This document shows positions 19,161 to 31,235 of a stretch of DNA of 32,000 nt, in pieces (the stretch's first letter is position 1; every line of letters begins with the position of its first letter). Position numbers and translations under genes: made by a program. The stretch is from Sulfolobus acidocaldarius DSM 639 (GTDB taxonomy: Archaea; Thermoproteota; Thermoprotei_A; Sulfolobales; Sulfolobaceae), in contig NC_007181.1 of assembly GCF_000012285.1 (NCBI RefSeq), forward strand, positions 30,001 to 62,000. Reading direction: 5' to 3'. Below the pieces are notes generated by a model, which worked only from the letters and a program-made list of their open reading frames with translations, was not told the DNA's origin and searched no databases.

Positions 19161-19294
19161 TGGGCCCACGGGGACTTGAACCCCGGACCACCGGGTCTCT
19201 CCTCCAGATCTATATCATCCCCCAACAAGGGGGTCTTAAGACCCAATGCAGCTCATCTGGAGCCCGGCACTCTACCTGGCTGAGCTATGGGCCC
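19161..19294 (-). tRNA. tRNA-Trp (anticodon CCA) with 60-nt intron at 37/38 (intron 19197..19256)
   Basis: Minus strand: GGGCCCA TA GCTC AGCCAGGTA GAGT G CCGGG CTCCAG [intron] A CCCGG TGGTC CGGGG TTCAAGT CCCCG TGGGCCC A. All stems pair; CTCC/GGAG with AG^A bulges at both splice sites. Confidence 0.93.
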
Positions 19295-19383
19295 ATTATC
19301 GATCATCTGTTGATTATAGTTTAAGTGTTAGATAGAAATAAACTTAACTCACCGGCTTTGTGCAAAGTTTAAAACTTAACTCT

Positions 19384-20869
<1,486 letters not shown>

Positions 20870-20886
<17 letters not shown>

Positions 20887-21946
20887 AAGAGAACAATATT
20901 GCTCCTATGAGGATTACAGTAAATACTGATTGTATAAGATAAGATTCCCTATCTCCCAATCCTAATTTTCTTGTTATTTCTGTGAAAACTTTTCCTCCAT
21001 CTGTGATAATTAATGGGGCGCCGTTTAGCAGTGCAAGGCTGAAGTTAACAGTGAACATCCATGTTATGAATTGAAGCAATCCAAGTAGTCCCTGAGGAAA
21101 ATAATAAGTAATGTATACACCTATCTGATGTGTTTGTGTTGTATTAATCGTAATTGAGTTTATTGAACCATTGGGATATAATAAGGTAAGTATATGAGTT
21201 CTTCCTTGATCTAGATAATAAGATAATTGTTGAGGTACTTTTACCGCATTTCCATCTACTTTCAATATTATACTGTTAACGGGTATTGAAGCATTATAAG
21301 CTGGAAAATATTGTTTTTCACCTACTATAAGTAAACCTTGCGAAAGGTTTGCAGGTAGAAAGTTGGCTAAGGGAAAGAATATGGCTGCTAAGATCAGATT
21401 TACAGCTATTCCAGCGGATATTATTTTAAGTCTAGATATGGAGCTGGCAGATTTGAACTCCTCTTCATCAGGCTCCACAAATGCTCCCGGAAAGAAAATG
21501 AGAAGTAAAAGACCGCCACTCCTTACCTTAATGCCGTTAGAGGTAGCTGATATTGCATGAGCTAATTCGTGTAGTGTGACAGAGATTCCAATTGCAAGGA
21601 GGATATAGGGTAATTGGTCTAAACCAACTGTTATACCCGGGATTATGGGCTGTAACGAAACTGTAGACCCTGAACTAGACGGGAATACAGAGTTCAGGAA
21701 AACATATAATATTAGAGCTAAGCCTAACACTAATGAAATTACTCCAAGCACAACTGCAATTTTATCAAATATCTTGTACGCCCGTTTCCTAGCAAAATTT
21801 GGAAACCATTCACTTCTTGTCTGTTTTTTCCACAGTAACATGAAAGGGTAAACCACGAATCCCCTTTTTTCCAGTCGTCTTCTAAACGTGTACATTACTA
21901 GCCAGAAAAGTAATATACCTAAGGCAAAGTATACTATGTTATTCAT
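20870..21946 (-). CDS. M50/site-2-protease-family membrane metalloprotease
   Basis: 358 aa, multiple hydrophobic helices, [12 protein letters not shown] (HExxH), [16 protein letters not shown] in place of the NxxPxxxxDG motif. Confidence 0.85.
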
Positions 21947-21980
21947 GAATTTATATCCTTATTTGGATAATAAAAACTAA

Positions 21981-22646
21981 ATGGAGGTAGCTTATACTAA
22001 TGAGCACTGGAAAGTACTTATAGAGAAGAGAAAAATTGCTATGGAGATTTTGAATTATTTAACCAAACTTGGAATGGAGGGTTTTGTTTACGGTTCTGTT
22101 GCCAGAGGCGACGTAAATAAGGAAAGTGATATAGATATTGTGATATTTAATCCTAATATTCTGGGTCTGGATTTAATATCTTGTGATCATAAATTTATAG
22201 TGCAAGCAACACCTTTTTCCACTCCTAAGGCATATATTTCATTGGATCATGAGGAGAAGAAAGTCATTTCATTTCCATTATCCAAATTGACAAAGAAAGA
22301 GACTGAATTCTACTACTTTGGTGGATTATTGAGCAGAGATGAGATAATAAAGGACATTCGAGCTCCTGGTGTTAATAAAAAGCTATCAATTATAATTCCC
22401 ACCAAGGAGGGACACATTGAACTTCCATTGAAAGGTAATGAAGATTATGCTGTAAAAGTGATTAAGAATGTTTCAAAGGATACAATAATGGAAAGGGAAA
22501 GATTATTGACTAAAAGAGAGGAGAAGGGTCATACTGGAATCTTTATTAAATATGAACTTACCAGGGAGGAAAGTTTACAAGAGGCTTTTAGAGATTTATA
22601 TAAGTCAAATAAGTATTTTAGAAGAGTGATAGATGCTAAGCGGTAA
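21981..22646 (+). CDS. Nucleotidyltransferase (Pol beta superfamily) family protein
   Basis: 221 aa; FVYGSVARGDVNKESDIDIVIF (GS...DxD). Confidence 0.8.
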   Translation: MEVAYTNEHWKVLIEKRKIAMEILNYLTKLGMEGFVYGSVARGDVNKESDIDIVIFNPNILGLDLISCDHKFIVQATPFSTPKAYISLDHEEKKVISFPLSKLTKKETEFYYFGGLLSRDEIIKDIRAPGVNKKLSIIIPTKEGHIELPLKGNEDYAVKVIKNVSKDTIMERERLLTKREEKGHTGIFIKYELTREESLQEAFRDLYKSNKYFRRVIDAKR

Positions 22647-23166
22647 GGTAGGGAATAAATTAGTTATAGAGAGCATAGACGTAAAAGACACTCAAATAAA
22701 AGAACTGAAGACATTCATTCTTTATGTAAATGGAAGGAAAGTTGGTAGGACGTTTTATTTTACTGGAAGGGAGTATTATTTGCCTTGGATAGAAATAGAT
22801 TATGACCCATGGCTTAGGGAAATTGATGGGGAAGTTGATTTATTCAATTTTATCTACAATGTACTTCCTCCTGGTGGTAAACTATTTGTAACTTACATAA
22901 GGGACAAGGAAACTGCTGACATGTTATATCAAGGTTTTTCGCCTGCCGATACACCGTTAGGTTTCTCTCTGCTAAAAGCAGGCTTCACGTGGTTTAAAAA
23001 CTGGTATTTCCCTGAAGGAGGTAATGAAGGTGCTCCTAAGATTCAAGCCAATAAGCCGTTAAACGATACAGATATGATTAGACAGCTCAGAGAACTATTA
23101 GATGAAGTTAAAAGGAATGAAGTAAAAGCTTTCATAGAGAGTAAGATTGCTAAAAGGAAATCCTGA
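22633..23166 (+). CDS. Conserved hypothetical archaeal protein (possibly DUF1122-like)
   Basis: 177 aa; [16 protein letters not shown]...[26 protein letters not shown]...[17 protein letters not shown]; overlaps both neighbours. DUF assignment is from memory. Confidence 0.7.
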   Translation: MLSGKVGNKLVIESIDVKDTQIKELKTFILYVNGRKVGRTFYFTGREYYLPWIEIDYDPWLREIDGEVDLFNFIYNVLPPGGKLFVTYIRDKETADMLYQGFSPADTPLGFSLLKAGFTWFKNWYFPEGGNEGAPKIQANKPLNDTDMIRQLRELLDEVKRNEVKAFIESKIAKRKS

Positions 23167-24160
23167 GATTGGATTATATAATCTTGATCTGCCTAAAGGT
23201 TGCGAGCTATGTAGGATGGGGGGTAAGCTTGTAGTTTTTATCACAGGTGAATGTGGGGATAATTGCTACTATTGTCCGGTAAGTGAACAGAGATTTGGGA
23301 AGGATAAGGCGTTTGCTAATGAAGCGCCTGCTGAAAACCTGGTAGATTTTATTTATGAAGCCTACAGAATGAGGGCGTTAGGTGCAGGAATTACAGGCGG
23401 AGATCCCTTGATAAGAATTGACAAAGTAGTAAGTTTGATTAAGAAATTTAAGGACGAATTTGGTCAGGAATTCCACATTCACCTGTATACTAGTGGTAGA
23501 TATGTAACTAAGGATGTTCTAAGTGAACTAGAAAGAGCCGGCTTGGACGAAATTAGATTTCACCCTCTAAAAAGAGAATACCTTAGAGCAATAGAGAAAG
23601 CAGTGCAGTTTAATTTCGATGTGGGAATAGAGGTTCCTGCAATACCAGGACAAGAACAAGAGTTGGAAAAGTTGATATTATGGTCAAAAGCGATAGGAGT
23701 TAAGTTCGTTAACATGAATGAGCTAGAACTAACGGAAAGGAATTATGCACCTTTAAATGCTAGAGGTTTTAAAAGTGCCCATGGACTTGCAGGAGTAAAT
23801 GGAAGTTTTGAAACGGCTTATGCTACTTTGAGAAAATTACATGAAGAGAAAATTGCACTCCACTACTGTAGCTCAGTTTACAAAGATTTAGTGGAGACCA
23901 GAACTAGGTTCCTGAGAATTATAAAGTACTCATCTAAAGCCTATGAGGAAGGAACGGGAGAGGGAACAGTTCTAAGAGCCGTAGTGAAGTCTTCTCAAGA
24001 TCTAAGTGATTACGGTGAAGAGATAGAAAAGGGAGTCTGGAGTATTTCACCATCTCTGATTACTCACTTAGGAGTAAATGAGTACGTATTAGTGGAGGAG
24101 TATCCTGATTGGAGGAAACTTAAGATAGGAGAGAAGTTAGTTTATTCTAAACCTCAGTAG
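23147..24160 (+). CDS. Radical SAM protein, pyruvate-formate-lyase-activating-enzyme-related family
   Basis: 337 aa; [14 protein letters not shown] (CxxxCxxC), AGITGGDPL, extra N-terminal CELC pair. Confidence 0.88.
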   Translation: MLKGNPEIGLYNLDLPKGCELCRMGGKLVVFITGECGDNCYYCPVSEQRFGKDKAFANEAPAENLVDFIYEAYRMRALGAGITGGDPLIRIDKVVSLIKKFKDEFGQEFHIHLYTSGRYVTKDVLSELERAGLDEIRFHPLKREYLRAIEKAVQFNFDVGIEVPAIPGQEQELEKLILWSKAIGVKFVNMNELELTERNYAPLNARGFKSAHGLAGVNGSFETAYATLRKLHEEKIALHYCSSVYKDLVETRTRFLRIIKYSSKAYEEGTGEGTVLRAVVKSSQDLSDYGEEIEKGVWSISPSLITHLGVNEYVLVEEYPDWRKLKIGEKLVYSKPQ

Positions 24161-25165
24161 AGAGACTATTCCTGTCAAATTTTTAACTTGATAGTAGATT
24201 GGAGAATCCTTTGGTACTATCATGATCTTTCCCTTCTTTTTCTCAATATCCCTCAAGAGCTCATCAATAATTTCCCTACCAGTATCAGTTAGATAGTCTT
24301 CAGTAATTAGTAATTTATCCACCGCACCTAGTTCATTAGCCTTCTTTATATCTTCTATGCCATATACGACTAATCCGGTATTTTTAGCTAGATTTTCCAT
24401 TATACTTTCAAGTATTTTTAATTGTTGTGCTATTTCAAATTCCCTGTATACCTGATCTATAATATCCCTTCTGAGTAATTCATTTAACCCCGCTCTACTA
24501 GCTGACGATACGCTATCTACATATACGATCAACTTATTATCAATCTGTTTTATTTTCTGGTTTACCATATCTTTAAAAGGACCTGGTCCTGCAATTATAA
24601 TCACGTTTACGCCTGTGAGTTTTACGAACGAGATTATTTCATTTGCCATTTCCTCAATATTTTCATTTACTACATCGTTATCCTTCCCTGGAGTCTGGAG
24701 ACTTTTCTCTGCTAGGATTTTCACACCTTGCTTCATCAATAATGCTATGATATATTCATCTACGTCCACTAATGCAATTAGTAGTTTACCTTTTTTCTCC
24801 TCTTGTTCTCTTATTTTCTCTAATTCATAATTACTCCATTGTTCTTTTATTATGATCACTTCATCACCAATATCTAAATTTACAGTATGATGAGCTCCTT
24901 TTATTCCGAACCTTTCTGGTGCGTCAAGTATTAGTCCGTGTATTCTAAGCCTAGTGGTAAAATTTTGAAATTCCGTATATTCCACCTGTAGTTCTATAGT
25001 CATTGGAATTCTCCTACTGTCTTTTCCCATACTGATATCTCTGGTGGTCTTGGCGACTATTCTATCTCCCTTTTTTATTATAATGTGTAATAGCCATAAA
25101 TCGTCTTCATTTTCTACGTGAAGTTTGAGCGATCCTCTTTTGTCATTAAATTCTAAAATCTTCAT
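24137..25165 (-). CDS. pelA: Pelota (Dom34) mRNA surveillance protein
   Basis: 342 aa; [34 protein letters not shown]..., [31 protein letters not shown]. Confidence 0.95.
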   Translation of the reverse strand: MKILEFNDKRGSLKLHVENEDDLWLLHIIIKKGDRIVAKTTRDISMGKDSRRIPMTIELQVEYTEFQNFTTRLRIHGLILDAPERFGIKGAHHTVNLDIGDEVIIIKEQWSNYELEKIREQEEKKGKLLIALVDVDEYIIALLMKQGVKILAEKSLQTPGKDNDVVNENIEEMANEIISFVKLTGVNVIIIAGPGPFKDMVNQKIKQIDNKLIVYVDSVSSASRAGLNELLRRDIIDQVYREFEIAQQLKILESIMENLAKNTGLVVYGIEDIKKANELGAVDKLLITEDYLTDTGREIIDELLRDIEKKKGKIMIVPKDSPIYYQVKNLTGIVSLLRFRIN

Positions 25166-25187
25166 TTCTTATATCTAGTGAGTAACT

Positions 25188-25652
25188 TTGATAATTATAT
25201 CTGACGCTAGGGAGGAGGATTTACCTGAAATTTATGATGTAGAATTAGAGAGTTTTGATAATCCTTATCCGTTTTCTTTACTTAGAGCGTATTATTATAT
25301 ATCTGGTGATCTCTTTATCGTTGCTAAAAGCGGTGATAAGGTTATTGGGTATATTCTAGGCATAATACAATTTGGTTATAGGGGACATATAGTATCTATA
25401 GCGGTAAAAAAAGATAAGAGAGGAAGTGGTATTGGCACTAAACTTATCTCTGAACTAGAAAATAGGTTTAAATTAGCTTATCATTGTATCCATTCGTACC
25501 TAGAAGTTTATTATAAAAATATATCTGCTATCAATTTCTATATAAAGAACGGTTATAAAGCAGTAAGGATTCAGAAGGACTATTATGGAAGAGAAAAGCA
25601 TGCCATAATTATGATTAAGAGCCTATACGATCATCAAAATGGCTTTGAGTAA
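25188..25652 (+). CDS. rimI: RimI-family N-terminal protein acetyltransferase
   Basis: 154 aa; GYILGIIQFGYRGHIVSIAVKKDKRGSGIGTKLISELENR acetyl-CoA motif; TTG start in the track. Confidence 0.88.
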   Translation: MIIISDAREEDLPEIYDVELESFDNPYPFSLLRAYYYISGDLFIVAKSGDKVIGYILGIIQFGYRGHIVSIAVKKDKRGSGIGTKLISELENRFKLAYHCIHSYLEVYYKNISAINFYIKNGYKAVRIQKDYYGREKHAIIMIKSLYDHQNGFE

Positions 25653-25684
25653 ATATTTTATTTAGTTTCTAGTAGATAATCAGT

Positions 25685-28033
25685 GTGTTAGAGGATTTCT
25701 TTGTATTAGACTTTTCATATGATGTTGTTGACAACATCCCCGTTATATTTATTTGGTCTATAGATAGACGAGGTAACAGAGTTACACTAGTAGAGAAGAA
25801 CTTTAGACCATATTTCTACGCTGTGGTAGATGATAGAGAAGATGTATCTAGGGTGATCTCTGAGATAAAGAAACTAAGTAAGCCCTCCTCTCCTATAACC
25901 AATATAGAAATTGAGACTGATCGAAGGTACTTTGGTAATCCTTTAAAATCATTAAAGATAGAGACTGTAGTTCCTGCATATGTGAGGATATATAGAGATG
26001 AGGTATCTAAAATTAAAGGTGTAAAGAATGTACTAGAGGCTGACATAAGATTTTACATGAGATATTCAATAGACAAGGGAATAAAACCGTTTTACTGGAT
26101 TAAGGCTGACGTGGAGGAAATTCAACCGAAGGAGATTTTCAAGGTAAAATCTGAGAAACTGTATTTGATTAAAGACATATTAGAAATATATGAGGCAGAG
26201 GAACCTAGGCTTAAAACCATGGCGTTCAGCATAGAGGTTTATAATAAGTATGGTTTTCCTAACACAAGAAGAGATCCTATTATAGTAATAGGTGTATATA
26301 CTGAAAATGGGTATAAACAATTCATATCCTCGGATTATGACGATATAAATGTAATAAGAGAATTCATAAAGTTTGTAAATGATTTTGAGCCGGATATAAT
26401 TTTTGGTTATAATTCTAATTCGTTTGACTGGAGATATCTTGTAGAAAGAGCAGAATTAAGAGGGATTAAAGTTGCAATAGGTAGGAAAGTTAATAGTGAG
26501 CCTTCACAAGGGGTCTATGGTCATTACTCGGTAACAGGTAGACTAAACGTAGATCTAGCAGGTGTTTTTTGCTCATCTAGAAGTAAGAGTCTAATAGATC
26601 TCGCGGATAATCTGGGTGTTATGCCAAAGAATAAGAGAGAAATATTAGAATGGTATGAAGTACCTAGGTACTGGGATGATAAAAGTAAGAGGGAAATTCT
26701 CCTGAAGCATAACTTATCTAATATAAAATCAATTTATGATATAGGTCAGTCTAATCTCCACTACCTCATCCAACTTGTTAAAGTCACTGGCTTACCTCTA
26801 GATCAACTTTCCATGGCTAGTTCAGGACACAGAATTGAATGGCTTCTGGTTAGGGAGTCCAAGAAATATAATGAATTTATACCAAATAGAGAAGAGAGGA
26901 GAACTGAAGCCTCTGATGAAGGTATTATAGTCCCTCCAGTATCTGGTCTACATAATAACGTCTACATGCTAGATTTCTCGACCATATACCCTTCCATCAT
27001 TTTAAAATATAATATAAGCCCCGACACCCTAGTGAGAGGAGATTGTAGTGATTGCTGGACCTCTTTGAATGGTAATTATAAGTTCAGAAAGGATATTAAA
27101 GGTCTTTATCAAAATGTTCTCTTAAATCTTTCAGCAGAGATTGAAAGAAGAGAAGAAATCATAAAGACTTTAGACCCTGAGAAGAGGAGGAGGCTCGAAG
27201 AAGAATTAAGAGCCTTAAGGTCTATATTAAACTCATTTTACGACTATATAAGGTGGACTAATGCTAGATGGTATGTTAAAGAATGTGCCGAAGGATTATT
27301 TGAATGGGGAAGGGAACTTATCCTACAAATTCTAAAAATCGTTAAGGAGAGCGGTTTTCAGGTAATTTATGCAGACACTGACTTAATGTTTTTTAAAGGC
27401 GAAAATGATCCTAAGAAGTTGGAAGAAGACATAGCCAATAGGTTAAGCCTTAATCTCAAATTTAACAAATTCTATACTAAACTTATTCTATTAGAGGGCA
27501 AGAAACAGTACGCAGCTCTCACCAAAGATAACAAGGTAGATATGGTCGGTATCGAGGATTATAGGAATAATTGGTGTGATCTCGCTAAAGAAGTTCTACA
27601 AAACGTGGTAGACCAGGTGCTGAGAAGCGACAAGATCAACGAAGCTGTAAGATATGTCAAGAGTGTCATATACTCGTTGAGAAGGGGAGAGTTTAAGATA
27701 GAAGATCTTGTTACATGGAATATTATAGATAAGGACATAGAAGAGTACAAGTTTGACTTGCCTCATATTGTTGCCGCTAGAAAAGCTATGAAATCAGGAC
27801 ATTTAGTAACTAGAGGATCTAAGATAGGTTATGTGATAGTTAAGGGTTCAGGTAAGCTTAGTAACAGAGCTGAGCCATATTTTATGGTTAAGGAAAAATC
27901 AAAAGTTGATATTGAATATTATATTGATAAGCAGATAATACCCAGTGCATTAAAAGTTCTGGGGTTATTTGGGGTAAAAGAAAATACCTTTAAATTTGGG
28001 GGAACTGACGTTTTGAATTTTTTTAAGAAATAA
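25685..28033 (+). CDS. dpo3: Family B DNA polymerase, PolB3/Dpo3 type
   Basis: 782 aa; MLDFSTIYPSIILKYNISPDT (motif A), ILNSFYDYIRWTNARWYVKECAE (divergent motif B), VIYADTDLMFF (motif C). Confidence 0.9.
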   Translation: MLEDFFVLDFSYDVVDNIPVIFIWSIDRRGNRVTLVEKNFRPYFYAVVDDREDVSRVISEIKKLSKPSSPITNIEIETDRRYFGNPLKSLKIETVVPAYVRIYRDEVSKIKGVKNVLEADIRFYMRYSIDKGIKPFYWIKADVEEIQPKEIFKVKSEKLYLIKDILEIYEAEEPRLKTMAFSIEVYNKYGFPNTRRDPIIVIGVYTENGYKQFISSDYDDINVIREFIKFVNDFEPDIIFGYNSNSFDWRYLVERAELRGIKVAIGRKVNSEPSQGVYGHYSVTGRLNVDLAGVFCSSRSKSLIDLADNLGVMPKNKREILEWYEVPRYWDDKSKREILLKHNLSNIKSIYDIGQSNLHYLIQLVKVTGLPLDQLSMASSGHRIEWLLVRESKKYNEFIPNREERRTEASDEGIIVPPVSGLHNNVYMLDFSTIYPSIILKYNISPDTLVRGDCSDCWTSLNGNYKFRKDIKGLYQNVLLNLSAEIERREEIIKTLDPEKRRRLEEELRALRSILNSFYDYIRWTNARWYVKECAEGLFEWGRELILQILKIVKESGFQVIYADTDLMFFKGENDPKKLEEDIANRLSLNLKFNKFYTKLILLEGKKQYAALTKDNKVDMVGIEDYRNNWCDLAKEVLQNVVDQVLRSDKINEAVRYVKSVIYSLRRGEFKIEDLVTWNIIDKDIEEYKFDLPHIVAARKAMKSGHLVTRGSKIGYVIVKGSGKLSNRAEPYFMVKEKSKVDIEYYIDKQIIPSALKVLGLFGVKENTFKFGGTDVLNFFKK

Positions 28034-29261
28034 TGTCGTTGAAACTTAATAACTCAAGTTCTTTTGGTCTTCTATTTATTCCTCCTATTCGTGCGCCTAT
28101 TAGCATTTTTATGTTTTTGGCTGAAGCTAGGTCCACTAATCTCTGTGTTATAACACCATCAAATACGATGTACCTAATACTATCTGCGCTAATATTTTCT
28201 AGTTTTTGTACTATGTCTCTCACCTGTATTTTTTCAATTATATTCCAATTTTCATCTAGTAAAATTCCCTCTAAAGTTCCTGGTAGTTTCTTTATCTCTT
28301 CTATTATTTGCGCAGGTACCGTTATCTGTATTTCTTTCTTCTCTTCAGGCTTAACTTCAACTTGTATTTGTGTAGATGTAGTTGTAACTGCAGTAGTTGT
28401 AGTCTCAGTAGCAAGTGCTTGTTTTATCGCCTGTTGAGCCTCTTGTTGTTTCTTTATGTATTGCGCTATTGTAACCATATTTGAAAGTGATTTGGCTATT
28501 TCTTTTCCTGTTAGCTCCTCTACTTCTTTTCCTGTAGGTGCTCTAGCTACATAATCCAATTTTATGTTGCTAGATAGCAGTTCTTTTAGTATCAAATCTC
28601 CACCATGATCTCCATCTAAGAATGCTATTACTGCCTTTTTCTGTTTTGTAAGGTCAACAAGAGTTTGAGGTATTTTCCCTGTGGCACCTTCAACTGCAAT
28701 AACGTTCTTATATCCATATCTTAATAGATTTATTACGTCTGCTCTTCCTTCAACTATTATCAGTTCAGGATCCTTGTCTACATCTGGTCCTGCAGGTAGT
28801 CTTTCTGGTCCGTATTCTGTCAACTCTCCCGTCTTTACAGAGGACGTTATTTCATTAATGACTTCTCTTATATCTAAGGTTTTTTCTCTACTCCAACTTC
28901 CTAAAATTTCTTTAGCTCTACCAATTATCTTTTTTATCTTTTCCTCTCTAATGTCAACTATGTCAATTAGTTTGAATTCAGCATTGTATGGACCTACTTT
29001 ATCCACGTTCTCTATCATAGCAGCAACTAAAGCGGTTTCAACTTTATCTAGATTTGAGGGAATAATTATTGTTCCTTCAGATCTTCCCTTACTGGTTGAT
29101 AAATCTACAGATATTCTACCTAATCTACCTTTGTCTTGAAGTTCTCTGAGGTCAAAATCATCGCCAAATAAATTTTCAGTCTGTCCGAAGATCGCACCTA
29201 TAACATCGGGTTTATCCACTATCCCCTCAACATTAAATTTAAACACTATGTTGTATTTCAT
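28023..29261 (-). CDS. dnaG: Archaeal DnaG-type primase / exosome-associated protein
   Basis: 412 aa; toprim PELIIVEGRADVINLLRYGYKNVIAVEGATG and AFLDGDHGGD. Confidence 0.95.
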   Translation of the reverse strand: MKYNIVFKFNVEGIVDKPDVIGAIFGQTENLFGDDFDLRELQDKGRLGRISVDLSTSKGRSEGTIIIPSNLDKVETALVAAMIENVDKVGPYNAEFKLIDIVDIREEKIKKIIGRAKEILGSWSREKTLDIREVINEITSSVKTGELTEYGPERLPAGPDVDKDPELIIVEGRADVINLLRYGYKNVIAVEGATGKIPQTLVDLTKQKKAVIAFLDGDHGGDLILKELLSSNIKLDYVARAPTGKEVEELTGKEIAKSLSNMVTIAQYIKKQQEAQQAIKQALATETTTTAVTTTSTQIQVEVKPEEKKEIQITVPAQIIEEIKKLPGTLEGILLDENWNIIEKIQVRDIVQKLENISADSIRYIVFDGVITQRLVDLASAKNIKMLIGARIGGINRRPKELELLSFNDIIS

Positions 29262-29270
29262 TTGTCTTTT

Positions 29271-30356
29271 TCACCTAGTTATACTTTTTTCTATACTTGA
29301 TATCAGATCTACGAATTGTGACTTGGAGCTTATTCTTTTCCTTATAGGGTCTAGTATATCATTTAATTTTCTTGCCGTAGCTAGCTTTAAGTCTAACGGA
29401 TGCAATTTACCTTCAATGAAAATGCGTTCTAGTTCTTCGTATGATTTTATCTCTATGTCTCCACCATACTTGGTGTCTCTCTCTATTTTCAACGTTACGC
29501 CTTGTTCTCCAAAAATTATATATTTGTTTATCTGAAGAACAGGGTTATCGTTTACTACTCCCTTTGGACAGTATGAATTCTTTAGTTTAGACTCAACTAG
29601 TTCTGGTGAGTCATGAATAAATATTGCAGTTTCAGGTTTAGATTTACTCATTTTTATAGTGGCTAAGTAGTCGTCTTCCTCTAGTCCTTCTGTATTCATT
29701 CTTTGTCCTCCCTGGAGACCGACTAGAAGAGGTGTGTGAATTGCAATCACTTTTTTCCTTTGTAATTTTTCTGCCACGTCTCTTGCTAGCATATGGGCTT
29801 TTCTCTGATCCGTACCACCTAAAGCTATGTCAAGATCCTGGAAGAATATGTCAGAAACTTGCATTGCAGGATAAATTAATTTTGAGGTATCAAGCTCAGC
29901 TTCCTCTGATCTCCTCCCCATTATAGTTAGCGCTCTTTTCATTCTTGCGAGACTAGTATTTTTTGCGACTTTTACCACTAAGCTCCAATAATCAATATTC
30001 TCCACTAAGTCTTCTGCGTAAACAACTTTCAATTTACTCATGTCAACTCCAAATCCTTCAAGTACTTCTAATGCGTATTTACCCGCAAGTTTTATTTTCT
30101 CTAGATCTCCTCCAAGCTTATCATTTATCATCGCATGCCAAGTTGCCACGAGAATTGACATGTCTACTCCGGCTTTGATTAAGTCTTTCAGTTTCTGAGC
30201 CCAAATAAGCCAACCGATGTGAAATAAGCCACTTGGTTCAAAGCCTATATAACCCTTTAATTTACTGTTCTCTTCTAACTTTTTTTTCAGTTCATCTATA
30301 GTTATTACTTCATCAGTATTTCTAGTAATTAATTTAATTTTTTCATCTATGTTCAA
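29271..30356 (-). CDS. tyrS: Tyrosyl-tRNA synthetase
   Basis: 361 aa; YIGFEPSGLFHIGWLIWAQKLKD and IKMSKSKPETAIF (KMSKS). Confidence 0.93.
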   Translation of the reverse strand: MNIDEKIKLITRNTDEVITIDELKKKLEENSKLKGYIGFEPSGLFHIGWLIWAQKLKDLIKAGVDMSILVATWHAMINDKLGGDLEKIKLAGKYALEVLEGFGVDMSKLKVVYAEDLVENIDYWSLVVKVAKNTSLARMKRALTIMGRRSEEAELDTSKLIYPAMQVSDIFFQDLDIALGGTDQRKAHMLARDVAEKLQRKKVIAIHTPLLVGLQGGQRMNTEGLEEDDYLATIKMSKSKPETAIFIHDSPELVESKLKNSYCPKGVVNDNPVLQINKYIIFGEQGVTLKIERDTKYGGDIEIKSYEELERIFIEGKLHPLDLKLATARKLNDILDPIRKRISSKSQFVDLISSIEKSITR

Positions 30357-30400
30357 ATAAGCATCCCCTTAAAAAATGAAGGCATAACAAATAAAAAACC

Positions 30401-30751
30401 CTATTCATCGATTATTTGCTTCAAGAATATTACAATCGGGTGCGATTTACCAAGTTTTTCTTCTAGATCATATACGATCAAATCTACATCAATTTCGTTC
30501 TGAATAATTTTCTCGACTAAAGCCTCTGTAAACTTGTAGAAATTAAAAAATTCCTTCTCATCCATCTCCTCTTCGTCATCATCAGTAAACGCAAATTTCA
30601 CCTGATTATTAGTTTTACTCAATTCAGAAACGTCAATTCTAGTGCTAGTATTAATGATAGATTTTAGATACTCATCAACTATTTTTTCTACACATGACGA
30701 GTTATTGCAATATCCTAACTTTTCGAAAATAGAGAAGTAAGCGGGTGGCAT
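30401..30751 (-). CDS. Hypothetical acidic protein
   Basis: 116 aa ORF with acidic run DDDEEEMDEKE; co-directional with tyrS and dnaG. Confidence 0.55.
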   Translation of the reverse strand: MPPAYFSIFEKLGYCNNSSCVEKIVDEYLKSIINTSTRIDVSELSKTNNQVKFAFTDDDEEEMDEKEFFNFYKFTEALVEKIIQNEIDVDLIVYDLEEKLGKSHPIVIFLKQIIDE

Positions 30752-30796
30752 TCTGGTAACCCACTAATATTTACATACTAAGTAGTAAAAAAGCTA

Positions 30797-31201
30797 TTAT
30801 TCTCCGATACCCTTTACTAATATACTCCTAGTTCTTGGTCCATCAAATTCTAAAAGAATGACCCTTTGCCACGTCCCTAAATCTAATTCTCCATTGGTTA
30901 TTGGCAAGACCCTGGAGTTCCCAATTATGGAGGAAATAATGTGTGCATGTCCATTATTGTCAATGTTATTATGTTCAAATGTGCCATCAGGTGGAACAAG
31001 TTTCTTACCCCATTCAAGATAATCCTTCATTAAACCACTTTCAGCCTCATTAACGATTAATGCACATGTAGTATGTTTCACAAAAACATATACCACCCCA
31101 TCTTTGATTCCCTTAATGTTTTCCCTTATGTGTTCTGTTATGTCTATACTTTCAAACCTAGATTTAGTTCTAACATTAAACTCATGAGTAACTATCTTCA
31201 T
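30797..31201 (-). CDS. YjbQ/UPF0047 family protein
   Basis: VFVKHTTCALIVNEAESGLMKDYLEWGKKLVPPDG...NGHAHIISSIIGNSRVLPITNGELDLGTWQRVILLEFDGPRTR. ATG 31201 is preferred because ORF start 31237 overlaps the divergent gene. Confidence 0.92.
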   Translation of the reverse strand: MKIVTHEFNVRTKSRFESIDITEHIRENIKGIKDGVVYVFVKHTTCALIVNEAESGLMKDYLEWGKKLVPPDGTFEHNNIDNNGHAHIISSIIGNSRVLPITNGELDLGTWQRVILLEFDGPRTRSILVKGIGE

Positions 31202-31235
31202 AAGCTTATAATATGTAAGGAAATTATTATATTTC

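Noticed and set aside
19197-19256. tRNA-Trp intron as a C/D box guide RNA, as in some euryarchaea
   Set aside because: Only weak C-like elements (ATGAGCT, ATGATAT) and no CTGA D box; the segment complementary to the anticodon is not followed by a D box.
19130-19324. Plus ORF 64 aa (MGPRGLEPRTTGS...)
   Set aside because: Typical spurious translation of a tRNA gene (tRNA-Trp, opposite strand).
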